In this document: positions 1-13,612 of the stretch, one piece after another
How positions within the stretch are numbered: the stretch's first letter is position 1
How the letters are laid out: each line of letters begins with the position of its first letter
NCBI RefSeq assembly: GCF_001194135.2
Contig: NC_068984.1
Coordinates: 18,796,340 to 18,860,339, forward strand
Origin: Octopus bimaculoides
Taxonomy: Eukaryota
Direction of reading: 5' to 3'
DNA length: 64,000 nt
Notes under the pieces: generated by a model
What the model saw: only the letters and a program-made list of their open reading frames with translations
Databases searched by the model: none
Told to the model about the DNA's origin: nothing
Program-made: the position numbers and the translations under genes

Positions 1-716
1 TTATTTATGCCTTTATAGCAAGTTAACCTCCATTCGTTTATGTACTGGATTCCCTTCATTTAACTAGATCACTCTCCTGCAGATTTCAGACTTAAATTTA
101 AGTTTGTATAAAAATGTGGAAATATATTTCTAACATGTTCTTGTACACTTGAATGTAAAAGACATTTGCAGTAGGATCTTGTCTTGGAGAAAAATATCTT
201 TTTATGAACTTTCTGTGAAAAACACATATCCAAGTGATATCAGTGAACTACCAGACACACTGTTTTGGCATGTTTTCACCTCCTCAGAAAAAGAATCTGC
301 TTCAGTCATTTGGAGCTAAGGCAGAACTTTTGTTCCTATATATAAGAAACCTCAAATAATACATTTGCTGGTATGTTCTAAGGTTTGCCAAGTGAGAATT
401 AATTTAGTATAAACATATAAAACAGAATGGATCAAAATAAAGCTGTGTGTATTTATTTTTAACATGTTCTAGTACAATAGAATACGAAAGGCATTTTTTG
501 CAGTAGTTTCCTGTTTTTGCAGAAATGAAAACAAAGTTGTTTTCGAATGGATTTGAACTTAGAATAAAAGGCATTTAGTCTTGCGTTCTTTCATTTACCC
601 TTTCAGCTTTCCCACCACATAAACTTGAATTGATCCAATTCATTGAGAGAAGCTAATTATTTAAACCAAAGAACATTGTCTAGAATGGTAAAGAACTATT
701 CATGACAATGGCTATT

Positions 717-935
717 TAATCCTTTAGCATTCAGATTACTTTGCCAAATGTAATGCTTACTTATTTACATTGTTTTGAATTGATCATGCATTATTTTGTA
801 GCTTCAATATTTCGATGACGTGATTGCATATTTTTAGAATGACATTGTAGGGTAGGTGTGAGAGGTTGGATCTGGTGAGTTTTAGTGTAAAACATATAGA
901 ATAGTTGGGCCAGTTATGGTTTAAATGTTAAATGG
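717..935. mobile_element. piggyBac-type MITE, diverged
   Basis: Reverse complement of the 57831-58050 element. Confidence 0.6.
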
Positions 936-1718
936 TCTATAGTCCAGCAAACCCAAAAGCTGTAATTTTTTTTGCATATTTTTTCATCAGCTTCAAACCA
1001 ATATCTTATAGTGTTGTATATACAAAACATACCTTTTCTCTGTGAACAAACAGGTTCGTTTTATTTATTGCTCTGGATCTATAAAATTTATTTCTTAAAC
1101 ATAATAAAATCTGTCACAACATAGAAATGAACCTAAAATATATATATACTAAAATAAAACCATCTGCTAGTAATAAATTACAAACTGTAGACAGTTCAGA
1201 ATAGAACTTTTCTCTCTTTATTTCATGTCAAGAAATCAGAGGTTTATTGCTGTTTCTATTACATGAGCCAACAAGAATCTTTACATGTATTGTGCATAAA
1301 CTTGTTCATTAACTTCTTCACAATGACATTTCTAATGAAATATAGTGACTGTGTTCAAATTTATTCAGAAGATAATTAACCTTTTTCTTACCATATTTTT
1401 AATGGCATACATGACCTTCATTTAAAAAAAGTTTTAAATAATTAAAAATTTAATAAAATACCTTTGTCATTATTAAGCTGGTGTTTGGAACATAGATTAA
1501 CATGAAATTTTGATGGTAGGTTTTAATGTAAATTGCATTAAAAAAGCCCCTTTATATCATGGAACAAAGGGCTGGTTGGTATCAAAATGGTGAAACATTT
1601 GGTGAGATATAATATAATACCTAAGTACTTCATTGATGAACTGATGTTTGGAGTGTAATTAAATGAATGTTTTTGATATAAAATTATGATAGGAAATTTT
1701 TAATTTAAACATAAGCAC

Positions 1719-2032
1719 CGTTGCCAGTACCGCCTGACTGGCCTTGTAGGGTTTTCGAGCGAGATCGTTGCCAGTGCCCCTGGACTGGCTCTTGTGTGGG
1801 TGGCACATAAAAGACACCATTTCGAGCGTGGCTGTTTTCATGCGGGTGACACGTAAAAGCACCCACTACACTCTCTGAGTGGTTGGCGTTAGGAAGGGCA
1901 TCCAGCTGTAGAAACTCTGCCAAATTAGATTGGAGCCTGGTGTAACCATCCGGTTGCACCAGTCCTCAGTCAAATCGTCCAACCCATGCTAGCATGGAAA
2001 GCGGACGTTAAACGATGATGATGATGATGATG
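1719..2032 (+). mobile_element. RTE 3'-UTR short copy with TSD
   Basis: Ends ggacgttaaacg(ATG)n; flanked by ATAAGCAC at 1711-1718 and 2033-2040. Confidence 0.85.
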
Positions 2033-2577
2033 ATAAGCACATAAAAACATAAGGTTTTTATCATGAAATCATGGCTCTCTGATGGGTTGGTATCAGAGAA
2101 GTTAAATTCAACATCTGCAATGATAATTTTTTACTCAGGTCTAATGTAATATACTCATAGAAAGTGTAGAGTCATTTGAATTAACTCATGTAAAGGAACT
2201 TCTATATGGTTACTCAATCTGCTAGAAGTAACTCCCAAACTTCCTTTGAAATCAGACTTATCTTTTAAAAATGTAGCCCCCCCAAAAAACTTCTAAAAAT
2301 ACAGAATGGTTATGACTAGAATGTCTTTAATTGTAAGTCTGCTTGATCCTATTATGTCATTCTGAAAATAAACAATAACATCATCAAAATCTTGAAGCTA
2401 CAAGATACTGCATGATCAATTCAAAACAATAAGCATTACATTTAGCAGAATAAGGGCTCAGAAACCTGTATGTGATTGCTTGATCTGCTCGAAGCAGCAG
2501 TCAAATTGCTCTCAAATCACACTCAGTTATCTTAGGAAACAGAAGGTGGTGTGCTGGCAGAATTGTTAGACTGTCAG

Positions 2578-2810
2578 GTGGCGAGCTGGCAGAAACGTTA
2601 GCACGTTGGGTGAAATGCTTAGCAGTATTCCTTCTGCTGTTACGTTCTGAGTTCAAACTCCGCCAAGGTTGACTTTGCCTCTCATCCTTTCAGGGTCGAT
2701 AAATTAAGTACCAGTTATGCACTGGGTCGATGTAATCGACTTAATCCCTTTGTCTGTCCTTGTTTGTCCTCTCTATGTTTAGCCCCTTGTGGGCAGTAAA
2801 GAAATAAGAG
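2578..2810 (+). mobile_element. tRNA-headed SINE family B (ggcgagctggcagaa head; ttcatcctttcggggtcgataaattaagtaccag central domain)
   Basis: B-box GAGTTCAAA plus a conserved central domain; other copies at about 2810-3000, 11180-11408, 33560-33770, 56345-56560, 57385-57605, 58790-59010 (+) and 34590-35030, 44330-44540, 57030-57260, 60520-60660 (-). Confidence 0.8.
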
Positions 2811-3057
2811 TTGTTAGACTGTCAGTCAAAATGCTTAGCGACATTTCTTCCAGCTCCTCATGTTCTCAGTTCAAATTCTATCAAGATCTATTTTGCCTTT
2901 CATCCCTTCAGAATACTTGACTGGTACAAGTATGAGGGATGATGTAATTGACTTGACCCCTCCCCTCAAAGTTGCTAGCCTTGTGCCAAAATTAGAATGA
3001 ACTAACTTTAGCAAATAGAATTTGGATAGTGTAGTCTGAATTACACTTTTTTTCTTT

Positions 3058-3940
3058 TAACTTTTACTTGTTTCAGCCATTGGACCGTGGCCATGCTGGG
3101 GTATCACCTCGAAAGGTTTCAGTCAAACAAATCAATCTCTGTACTTATCTTTTTTTTCATATCTGGAATTTATTCTATTGGATCTTTTGCTGAACTGCTA
3201 AGTTATAAGGATATAAATAAACCAACACTAGTCGTCAAGCAGTGTGAGGACAGACACAAACACAGACACACACACAGATGCATCCATCCATCCATCCATC
3301 CATCTATCCATCTGTCCATCCATCCGTTCATCTGCCCATCCATCCATCCGTCCGTCTGTCCGTCCGTCCCTCCGTCCGTCCATCANNNNNNNNNNATCCA
3401 TCCATCCATCCATCCATCTATCCATCTGTCCATCCATCCGTTCATCTGCCCATCCATCCATCCGTCCGTCCCTCCGTCCGTCCATCAGTCCATCCATCCA
3501 TCCATCCATCCATCTGTCCATCCATCCATCCATCCATCCATCCATCCATCCATCTATCCATCTGTCCATCCATCCGTTCATCCGCCCATCCATCCATCCG
3601 TCCGTCTGTCTGTCCGTCCCTCCGTCCGTCCATCAGTCCATCCATCCATCCATCCATCCATCAGGCAAAAGAGTTTCTGGTACATTCCTCTGGCTTGCAA
3701 GCTCATGCCAAACCATCCAACCAATACCAGCATGGAAAACAGATGTAAATGATGATGATGATGATGATAATGATGACACTCACACATGTATATATGACAT
3801 GCTCCTTTCAGTTTCTATCTCCAAAATCCATTCACAAGGCTTTGGTCAGTCTTGGGGCCATAAAAGTTGACACTCGACTAAGATGCCATACAACGGGGAC
3901 TGAACCCAAAACCATGTGATTCAAATTTCTTCCTGACACT
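3058..3940 (-). mobile_element. SINE family A interrupted by a (TCCA)n expansion and an RTE 3'-UTR copy
   Basis: Tail 3058-3277, head about 3776-3940; other partial copies at about 14480-14690, 16345-16665, 23285-23385, 24730-25050, 37105-37265, 45760-45900. Confidence 0.7.
3278..3660. repeat. (TCCA)n-type microsatellite
   Basis: Direct reading; explains the HPSI/MDGW pseudo-ORFs. Confidence 0.95.
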
Positions 3941-4377
3941 CATCCCAAAGCGAGAGGGTCACATAAGGAGTGTCTTTATTGATAGGTACACATGATTTCA
4001 CATCAGGAATCTTACAAAACAAATACAATAAGCGTAGCATCATTTATTAGTTTAATGACAATTACAACATGTGAAAACAAATTCAAATGTCTCTGGAACT
4101 TTCAAATGTTCAGTATAGTGCCACTATACTGAAATGTTCAAGAGTGCCACTCTTGAAGTACAAAGAAAGTTTTGTAATCAATTGGAAACCACATGCTATG
4201 AGCTTGTAACCAAATGCTTTATTCATGCAACCACTTCATCACTCTTAACTGTATCACTTATTTATTCAATTATGAGGACAATGTAATTGCCAAGCAGAAG
4301 TGAAATGTGGAGCACTTAGTATAAGTAGTTTAAAATTGAAAAGATTGATTTCATGCAATTCTATGTATATAAATTTG

Positions 4378-4410
<33 letters not shown>

Positions 4411-4961
4411 ATATATATATATNNNNNNNNNNNNNNNNNNNNNNNNNNNNNNNNNNNNNNNNNNNNNNNNNNNNNNNNNNNNNNNNNNNNNNNNNNNNNN
4501 NNNNNNNNNNNNNNNNNNNNNNNNNNNNNNNNNNNNNNNNNNNNNNNNNNNNNNNNNNNNNNNNNNNNNNNNNNNNNNNNNNAAATCAAAATAAGCAACA
4601 TGGATCACCTTGCTTTTAGAATGGTTTTGGGATAATATCATACTATATTCTGGTGCCTAAACATAAGTACCATATTCAATTTTGAATCTAAATCTAAATC
4701 TATATATATATATATATCTAACTCTTCGAAATGCTTAGTTTTAGAATGGTGGCAGCTGATGAAGTAAATGTTCTCTATGTAGCCTGTGTGTTTTCTGTGC
4801 TCTGTTTATGATCTGTTTTTCATTTTGTCCATGACTTTTTGTGATGTCCTGTACCCAGATATGCATCTATATATACATGTAGATGTAGGTATGTACATAC
4901 ATGTACGTATATATGCATATACTCACATATTATTTGTATTATTATTATTATATATATATAT

Positions 4962-5358
4962 AGGTGTAAGAGTGGCTGTGTGGTAAGTAGCTTGCTTACG
5001 AACCACATGGTTCCGGGTTCAGTCCCACTGCATGGCACCCTGAGCAAGTGTCATCTACTATAGCCTTGGGCCGACCAAAGTCTTGTGAGTGGATTTGGTA
5101 GACAGAAACTGAAAGAAGCACATCATATATATGTATATATATGTGTGTGTATATGTTTGTGCGCCTGTGTTTGTCCCACCAACATCGCTTGACAACCGAT
5201 GCTGGTGTGTTTACGTCCCCGTAACTTAGCGGTTCGGCAAAAGAGGTCAATAGAATAAGTACTAGGCTTCCAAAGAATAAGTCCTGGGGTTGATCTGTTC
5301 GACTAAAGGCGGTGCTCCAGCATGGCCACAGTCAAATGACCGAAACAAGTAAAAGATA
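4962..5358 (+). mobile_element. tRNA-headed SINE family A (GGCGTAGGAGTGGCTGTGTGG head, internal microsatellite)
   Basis: A/B-box-like head (GGTTCAGTCC), internal (TA/TG)n, tail ...gactgaaacaagtaaaaga. Confidence 0.8.
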
Positions 5359-5435
5359 TATATATATATATCCTTTTGTTGTTTACACCACCTGTCCTCG
5401 TCTGTTGTTGTTTTTTCGTACGTTCTCCCATATAT

Positions 5436-5712
5436 ATATTGATAGAAAAGGTAAGACAACAAAAGAGGGAAACAGACCTCGATATTATGTAAATAGAGGA
5501 ATTTATCTGTAATATAATATGTGACAATTATTCGGTTGCCATAATAAAACTTCATGTTTCACATGTTGAGGCGGAAATCTGCTCCGGCTTCTCGTCAGTT
5601 ATTAAGGACAATCAAAAAATGCAATGCCAGAGCAGATTTCCACCCCGACATCTGAAACTCAGAGTTNNNNNNNNNNGGCAACCGAATAATTGTCACATAT
5701 TATATTACAGAT
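5436..5712. mobile_element. Palindromic non-autonomous element with a hammerhead motif (family 2)
   Basis: Inverted repeats 5505-5540/5677-5712 and 5556-5584/5630-5658 around a short spacer; a 10-N gap lies inside the right arm. Confidence 0.7.
5543..5603 (-). ncRNA. Type-I hammerhead ribozyme motif, stem II degraded
   Basis: Minus strand reads AAUAA-CUGACGA-G...U-GAAAC-AUGAA-GUU-UUAUU. Stem I AAUAA/UUAUU, core intact, GUU triplet; stem II has mismatches in this copy. Confidence 0.55.
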
Positions 5713-6845
5713 GTATATATATATATATATATATATATAGAAAGAGAGAGAGAGAGAGAGAGAAATGAATAGAGAAAGAGGGAGAGACAGAGAGACTAAG
5801 AGACATGTGTGTGTGTTTGGTACATGTGCCTCCCTTTCTCTCTCTCTCTCTGAGCTGGCCAAAGCCTTGTGAATGGACTTGGTAGACCGAAACAGATAAA
5901 AGCCAGACGTATATATGTGTGTGTATATGTATGAATGTGTGTATGTATGCCTGTGTGTATGTATGTATGTATAAGTATACATCCCCACTTTTCATCACCA
6001 TTGCTTATTTTTCTTGTCTTTTCTCTTGAAGTTGTTCTTATTTTCATTGTTTTGGATTCTTTGGTTTTTCTTTCATCTCCCTACGGAATTCTTTAACAAG
6101 CTTTCATCAATTACTTTTTTGGTTTCTTTTAAATTTATTTACAGTTCACCCTTGTATTCCCCCCCCCCCCGTCTGACTTGAAATTTTCAGTTAACATCTT
6201 AACCAAAGTAAATAGATGGCTCATCTATGTAGTTTGATCTTAACATGGGGCCCCTCAACCACAGAGACCCCCTGAGACCGCAGGAGTTGCAGGGGCTTAG
6301 CGACAGCCCTGTTGGCCACCACTGTATATTTATGTATGCATGTATGTATGTATGTATGTATATATATGTATGTATGTATATATGTATTTCAAAGGGCCAG
6401 CCTTGTCACACTGAGTCACGTTGAATATCCCCGAGAACTACGTTAAGGGTACATGTGTCTGTGGAGTGCTCAGCCACTTGCACGTTAATTTCACGAGCAG
6501 GCTGTTCCGTTGATCGGATCAACTGGAACCCTCGACATCGTAAGTGACGGAGTGCCAACAAGCAATATATGTATGCATGTATGTATGTATGTATAAAAAG
6601 GATAAACAATTCTTCCCATGCCATAGGCTCATAAAGCTGGTTTCCTGGACTCAGTGTCATATATATTCTTCTGTGGGAAAGCATGCCTGTCCATTGCAGG
6701 GTTACTCATTTTTGCCCATGGAAGTAATGTGAAATGAAGTGTTTTGCTCAAGAAAACAACTCATCAGCCAGTCCAGGAATCGAAACCAGAATCTTACAAT
6801 TGTGAGGGAAACACCCTAACTACTAAGCCATGCTTTTTCACACAC

Positions 6846-6881
<36 letters not shown>

Positions 6882-7469
6882 GTACACGCACCCCCCATAC
6901 ATATAAGCATAATTACACACACACATACATACAAAAAAACAGACAGTCAGACAGACAAACTGATCAATCAGTCAATTGATAGATAGATAGATAGATACAT
7001 TTCTTTTATTAGCCACACAGGGCTCAACGAAGATGGGACAAATACAATNNNNNNNNNNNNNNNNNNNNNNNNNNNNNNNNNNNNNNNNNNNNNNNNNNNN
7101 NNNNNNNNNNNNNNNNNNNNNNNNNNNNNNNNNNNNNNNNNNNNNNNNNNNNNNNNNNNNNNNNNNNNNNNNNNNNNNNNNNNNNNNNNNNNNNNNNNNN
7201 NNNNNNNNNNNNNNNNNNNNNNNNNNNNNNNNNNNNNNNNNNNNNNNNNNNNNNNNNNNNNNNNNNNNNNNNNNNNNNNNNNNNNNNNNNNNNNNNNNNN
7301 NNNNNNNNNNNNNNNNNNNNNNNNNNNNNNNNNNNNNNNNNNNNNNNNNNNNNNNNNNNNNNNNNNNNNNNNNNNNNNNNNNNNNNNNNNNNNNNNNAGA
7401 TAGATAGATAGATAGATAGATAGAGTGATAGATAAATAGATAGATAGATAGATAGATAGAAAGGTATGC

Positions 7470-7502
<33 letters not shown>

Positions 7503-7859
7503 TAGATAGATAGATACATACATATATATATGCGCACACACACACCCATCTATACCAATACATGTACACAAATATTTATATGCAAGTGTACAACGCTTTT
7601 GATTATAGATCTGTTAAATCAAGTGTGACCTAAGGCTAAATAAACACTATTCTTGGTTATACTCAAGAACAGCGTTGAAGTCAGAACAGCAATTCCAACC
7701 TAATTCTCATTAATTTTACAGTACAAGTTACTACTGCATAGAATTGTGAGCTCTACCATCTAGTTGTAGTAGCTGCTAATAGCTATATAGAATTTATTGT
7801 TGAGAACTAAGATGTTGTGCAGGGTCAGAAATTAAGCTTTTCATTATTTCATGTGTAAC

Positions 7860-8600
7860 CTGTAAGCAGGCTCTACTCAGTTGGCTAGAAATAGCAGCTA
7901 AATAATCCTCAAATATCAGTGTGATGTCTTGTAAAAGAGGAGATACATGGGTTGACCATGTAGTCCTAAATATGCAGACAGATGGAATAGTTATGGCTGG
8001 GGTTCTCTATGTGGCTGATCGACCTACAGGAAAAAACAGTCAATTTTCCTTCGCAAACGGATGGATATATTGGATAAACAAATTTGATGGTTATAGTTGC
8101 TTGACCTGCTATAAATAGCATCCAATTAATCCTCAAATAACATCCTGCAGCTGTTTTAAAGAAGGACATTCTGAACAACGTAGTCCTACATAGACAGATT
8201 GATGAAACAGTGATAGCTGCTTTAAATGGTTGGTTGACTTGCTAGAAATAGCAGCCAATTCTCTCTCAAATTACATCCTACAAAAGGAGGGACATACTGG
8301 ACAATGGAGTCTCAAATATAAAATCTTAAAAAACAGCAAATCTTAAAAGAAATTTGATGATCATGGTTACTCAATTTGCTAGAATTAGCAGCCAATTCTC
8401 CCTCAAAAAAAAACACCCTGGTGTCTTACAAAAGATGAACATATTGGACAATGATGTCTGAGATATAAAATCTTTAAAAAAAACAAAAAAACATCAAATC
8501 TTTTAGATAATGCATTCTTAAACATACAAAAAAATAGATAGAATGGTCATAGCTAGTTTCTTCTTAGGTTCTTTAATCAGACAACACTACAAGACTAACA
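7860..8600 (+). repeat. Degenerate tandem array of about 130-150 bp units
   Basis: Recurring ttgctagaaatagcagccaa...ctcaaat at about 7883, 8105, 8240 and 8375. Confidence 0.65.
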
Positions 8601-9054
8601 ATTCAAACAACTACGAACTGTGTTATACTTTACAAACAACTCGGAGGCTGCAAGGACTCAGTATTTGATCTAAGACTATAATTCTATAATTTATGAGCAA
8701 AAAACACAATGAAGTTAATGAGAAAGTTCCTATGTGATCACTTAACCTGGAAGAAATAACAGCCAAAGCTTCCTTATATCACACCATCATCATCATCATC
8801 ATCATTATCACCACTTGTCCACTTTTCCATACAGGGATCAGATGAAATTTGTTGAAACAGATTTCCTACAGCTGCATGCCCTTCCTGTCACCAACCCTCA
8901 TCAGTGTCCAAGCTATGTAACAGTTTCCCATACCTAGACATGTTTTTAGGGAAGACTAGAAACAAACAGCCTCGCTTCTATGACGATGGTACTTTTTTGC
9001 AACAATCATGTGATGTCTACACAAGGGCATGTGATGTCTATACAATCACATATG

Positions 9055-9245
9055 CACATCCACACACACGTGCACACACACACGTGCACACACACACGTG
9101 CACACACACACGTGCACACACACACGTGCACACACACACGTGCACACACACACGTGCACACACACACGTGCACACACACACGNNNNNNNNNNNNNNNNNN
9201 NNNNNNNNNACACACACATGTGCACACACACGTGCACACACACGT

Positions 9246-9290
<45 letters not shown>
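9055..9290. repeat. (CA)n/(CACGTG) compound microsatellite
   Basis: Direct reading. Confidence 0.95.
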
Positions 9291-9291
<1 letters not shown>

Positions 9292-12200
9292 CCATATATA
9301 TATATGTATGTATACATACATATACCCAGACCTATTCCCCATTTTTTTTAGAAGTGGGTAGCCACAAGACACACACCACTTATTCCATTCATTTCTCAGC
9401 TCAAAGAGATGAGCCCTGTCCTTTGCTTGGATTAAGGCATAGAATGCAACCCCCAATATCAGCAGCGAGGTCTGACAGCATATGCTGGTTTACTCCTGCC
9501 ACATCATGCTGGTTACATACCCTTTTGAGCAACATCAAATTCATTCATCCGTCCACAAACACTCTTCAAGCTTTCCTATCATTTATAAACTCTCTTGCCT
9601 CTCTCACTCCAATAGCTCTAACCACCAAAGCTTTCCTCACTCCACCCATCCACACAAATTCGGTATCTGATGGAAATAAGTACCAGGCTTTAAAGAAAAA
9701 AGGTGCTGGGGTCAATTCATTCAACTAAAATCCATCAAGGTGGTGTCCCAGCATGGCCACTGTCTTGTGACTGAATCAAGTAAAAGATAAAATATAAAAG
9801 ATACACACACACACACACACAGAGCATCTTTCAGTTTCTGTTTACTAAATGAAATGAAGTGTTTTGTTCAAGGACACAACATACTGCCCAGTTCAGGAAT
9901 TGAACACATAACCTTATGATCATGAGCTGAAGATAACATCCTATCCACAAGACTATGTGCCTTCACCACGAGATAATGCAGTCCTAGCTATACTCAAAGA
10001 CGATATGTATTTCATCTATAGATCTTCTTGATAAAGAGTAGCCTGGAGTTAAACAGCAGCAACAATTATACCATTAATAAAAACTATTTCAGCAATGAAT
10101 CATTTTCTGTAAAATGAGTGAAGGGGAGAGAGAAAGACAAAGGAGAGGGAGAGAGAGCAAAAGAGCTAGAGAGGGAAACATATATTCAATAACGAAAACA
10201 TAGTTCTTTCTTTTGTAATATATTTATACAGCTGTGTTGTTGTTTGACTTCATGCAACAAAGAAAGCAAGGTAATATTTTTGCCCCTATAACATTATAGA
10301 AAACAGAAGTAATAATTTCTATAAGATTCATTAAGAATATGCAATATTAATTTCAATAAGATGTGTTACTAAAATAACAGAACATGAAATGAAAATGAAA
10401 ACAAATGTGAAAGACAGCTTGTGAATGAATATCAAAAGTGATTTGTTTCTAAACTAATAAGGAAATGATGGTGCATGTCCTTAGTTCATGAAGAGTGGTA
10501 GTAGCCCAAGGAATGTGCATGTGGTATTAAAGAGTTCTTGCATGTGATTTTTGCTCTGAGAGAGGAAACTGCAACACCAGAGATACCAACGTTTTTCTAC
10601 ACAGCAGGGAGGAAAAAATTCTGGCCTGGAACAACTGTACTGACTGAATCATAGAAATGGAGTCTACTAGGGGCTGGATTAAGACCCATAGAGGCTCTAA
10701 GCACTTAAAAGGTTTTGGTGCCCTCAGGTATTTGTAAATGGTTCAAAATGTAAACAAAAATAATTCAAGATGTAAACAATAATAAACCACAAAATAAATT
10801 TTTATTTTTCAAAATGAAACAAAACTAACAGGAAGATGGAAAATAATATTTATTTTCGAATGCTTCCATTTTATTTATATTTGAAAAGTTTTCTCCTTTG
10901 CTTTTTTAATTCAATTGCAAAGTGTTCGATGATATCGTTAAAATTAATTTTATGTAAAACTTCTGCTTCTATACTTAGTAGAGATAAGGCATTACAAATA
11001 TTTTTTCAGCAAGTTTAAAGTGATTTGGTCAAGGAGGGAATTGAATTTGGAAAAGCATAATTTACTCTATAATGAACTGGTTGAACTGGTTACAACACTG
11101 AAAGTACCTTACCTCTGTGGCACCTCAACAATTCATGAGGTTTGCAATGCAGACAATGGCACAATATGTTGTAATGCGGCAATCTGGCAGAATCATTAGC
11201 ATACCGGGTGAAATGCTTAGCGGTATTTCATCTGCCGCTACTTTCTGAGTTCAAATTCTGCTGAGGTCAACTTTGCCTTTCATTCTTTCAGGGTCAATTA
11301 AATAAGTACCAATTACGCACTGGGGTCGATGTAATTGACTTAATCCCTTTGTCTGTCTTAGTTTGTCTCCTCTATGTTTAGCCCCTTGTGGGCAATAAAG
11401 AAATAAATATGTTGGAACAGATGAGTATCCAAGAATCATGACTTGGATAAGGCTCAACACCCTACAAATGTAAGTAGTTAAAGGCCAAAATACTTGCATG
11501 AGGGGGTGCTTCTTTTTTGAAAACCTGCAGTTCAGCTTTCTCCAGAGTTTCTTTCTGCTATTAGAAAACAAAAGTTTCCTGTAAGATGCCTCAAGAATAT
11601 GCAATATTAATTCTAATAAGATATGCTCTTTTGAAATGAAATTTTGAACAGCAGGAAAAAAAAAACATGAAAATGAAAATAAACTTAATGACTACTTGGA
11701 GAATATCAAAAGTGTTTTGTTTATAAACTTACATAGTGGATGTGTGATGGATATGGCTATTCAGAAGTGATAATAGGAATGAAAAGCATTTTAAATGGTA
11801 AGTGAAAAAAAATATAAACAGGAAAATTTCTCTCGACAAAGGGAGAGGGGGAAAAAAGAGGAGGGAGTAACAGAGACAGGGAAAAAGAGAGAGGGAAAGT
11901 TAAAGAGGGAGGGAGGGAGGGAGAAAGTGGGAGAGATATATTCAATAATGAAAACAGTTACTTCATTTGTAATATAATATTTATATAAATGTGTTGTTAT
12001 TTAACCTCGTACAACGAAAACAATAGAGGATCTTGGAGTAATATTATTAAAATTCCAGGACAAAATATACAGATAAGTGGAAGGATGGAATTTAACATCG
12101 TGTAATAGCTCAATGGATGAGGAAAATATCTTTAGTGTTACTGAATATTTAACCCTTTCAGTAACCTCATGCAAGGGACTGCTTCTGGTCCCATCATACT

Positions 12201-12799
12201 GTTCCTTTTGTTTTAAACCCTTTGTTATCATATTTCCGTTGAAATACACTGCCTTCATTTAAACCAATTTTGAAAAGAAAGCTTTCAGTAAAATAACTTT
12301 GTTGTTTGTAAGTGGGTGTTTGGAACATAAATTAGCAGGAAAATTTGATGGAAGGTTTTAATTTAGGTCAGTTTAAAACAGGAAGTTTACATCTTAGAAT
12401 TAAGCGCAACCTCATGCAGAATGGTATCGAAGAAGTAAAAGTGTTTCAAGTTTAAAGTAAAACATTGCATCATGATTTTTTTTGTAAGAATTTTTAAAGA
12501 TAAGTTCTAAATACACTGGTTCATGAAAATTTTGTTTTGCTCTGAGGCAAGGATGTGAATAGGTGTTTTTTGTTTTTTTACTAATTCTTAATTGCTCTAT
12601 CACCTCTAGTTTTTCTTTTTTTGCTTTCACATATCCCATTTTAATTATACTGCATATAAATTCAAAATATAATGTGTTTATTTCATCTGTTATAAGGCAT
12701 ATTACGGAAAAGAACAGCATAGATACACAACTTTAATGGAACTAAATTACTTGGATAATACAATACACACAAATCATAGTAGAGCAGACAGTTAGAAGT

Positions 12800-13612
12800 G
12801 AGTTTTTTTGGGCGATCTTGTGTACTTTGCTTCTGGGATGTCATGCAAGAGCATCCAGCAAAGTCCCCATCATGCTGGGGTTCCATTTGCCATTCCAGTT
12901 GCTCTCCATCTTAGTAATATCTTGATGGAACCTTTCTCCATACTCATCATTCACTGCTCCAAGCTTCGGAAGGAAGAAGTTGTGTTGCGAGTGGAGAAAG
13001 TGAATTTTGAGTGACATTCAGCATCCCATATCCTCATAAGATTGTAACAACTTCTCAATACACTCTTTGTAATCTAGTACCTGTGTTATCACAGAAACCA
13101 TAGCAGACTAACTTAAATGCTTCCCATTCTCTCAGTTCCTTTAAGGTAAGATTCACATCAAAGTCCTTATCCTGCAGCACCTCACCAATCTGAGGTCTGA
13201 CGAAGATACCCTCCTTGAGCTTAGCAGAACTCAGAGCTGGGAACAGAATGCACAAGTGTTGGAAAACAGAGCCATTTTTGTCCATGGCCTTCATAAAGTT
13301 CTTCATTAAACCAAGTTTGATATGAAGAGGAGGATGAAACACTTTGTTCATGTCCACCAGAGGATTCTCTTGGACACTGTGTTCACCAGGCATGAAAGTG
13401 CTCCTAGATCCCCAGTCCTTCTGCTTGTAGTGCTTGTACACATACGATTGTCCCAGAGACAGACAAAGCAACAGTACTTTGTGAAGCCCGCTTGCATACC
13501 CATAAAGAGCTCAATGACCTTGAGGTCCCCACAGAGACTCCACTTGTACTGGTTGTACTTGACAGCTTCCAAAAGGAGCTCCATATTGTCATATGACAAT
13601 AACATCCAATAC
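12800..13612 (-). mobile_element. DDD transposase remnant (Sola3-like by recollection), frameshifted
   Basis: KWSLCGDLKVI, GMQAGFTKYCCF, PPLHIKLGLMKNF, KLKEGIFV, MSLKIHFLHS and AVNDEYGERFHQD occur across frames; 5' side truncated at an RTE 3'-UTR insertion. Confidence 0.8.

Noticed and set aside
172-372. AG/GT-bounded segment with a 46-codon open frame, plus a roughly 45-bp direct repeat at 127/457
   Set aside because: No recognisable protein and no partner exons; cannot be supported.
3087-3870. Long ORFs (HPSI.../MDGW...)
   Set aside because: Translations of the (TCCA)n microsatellite; all frames are open because of the repeat.
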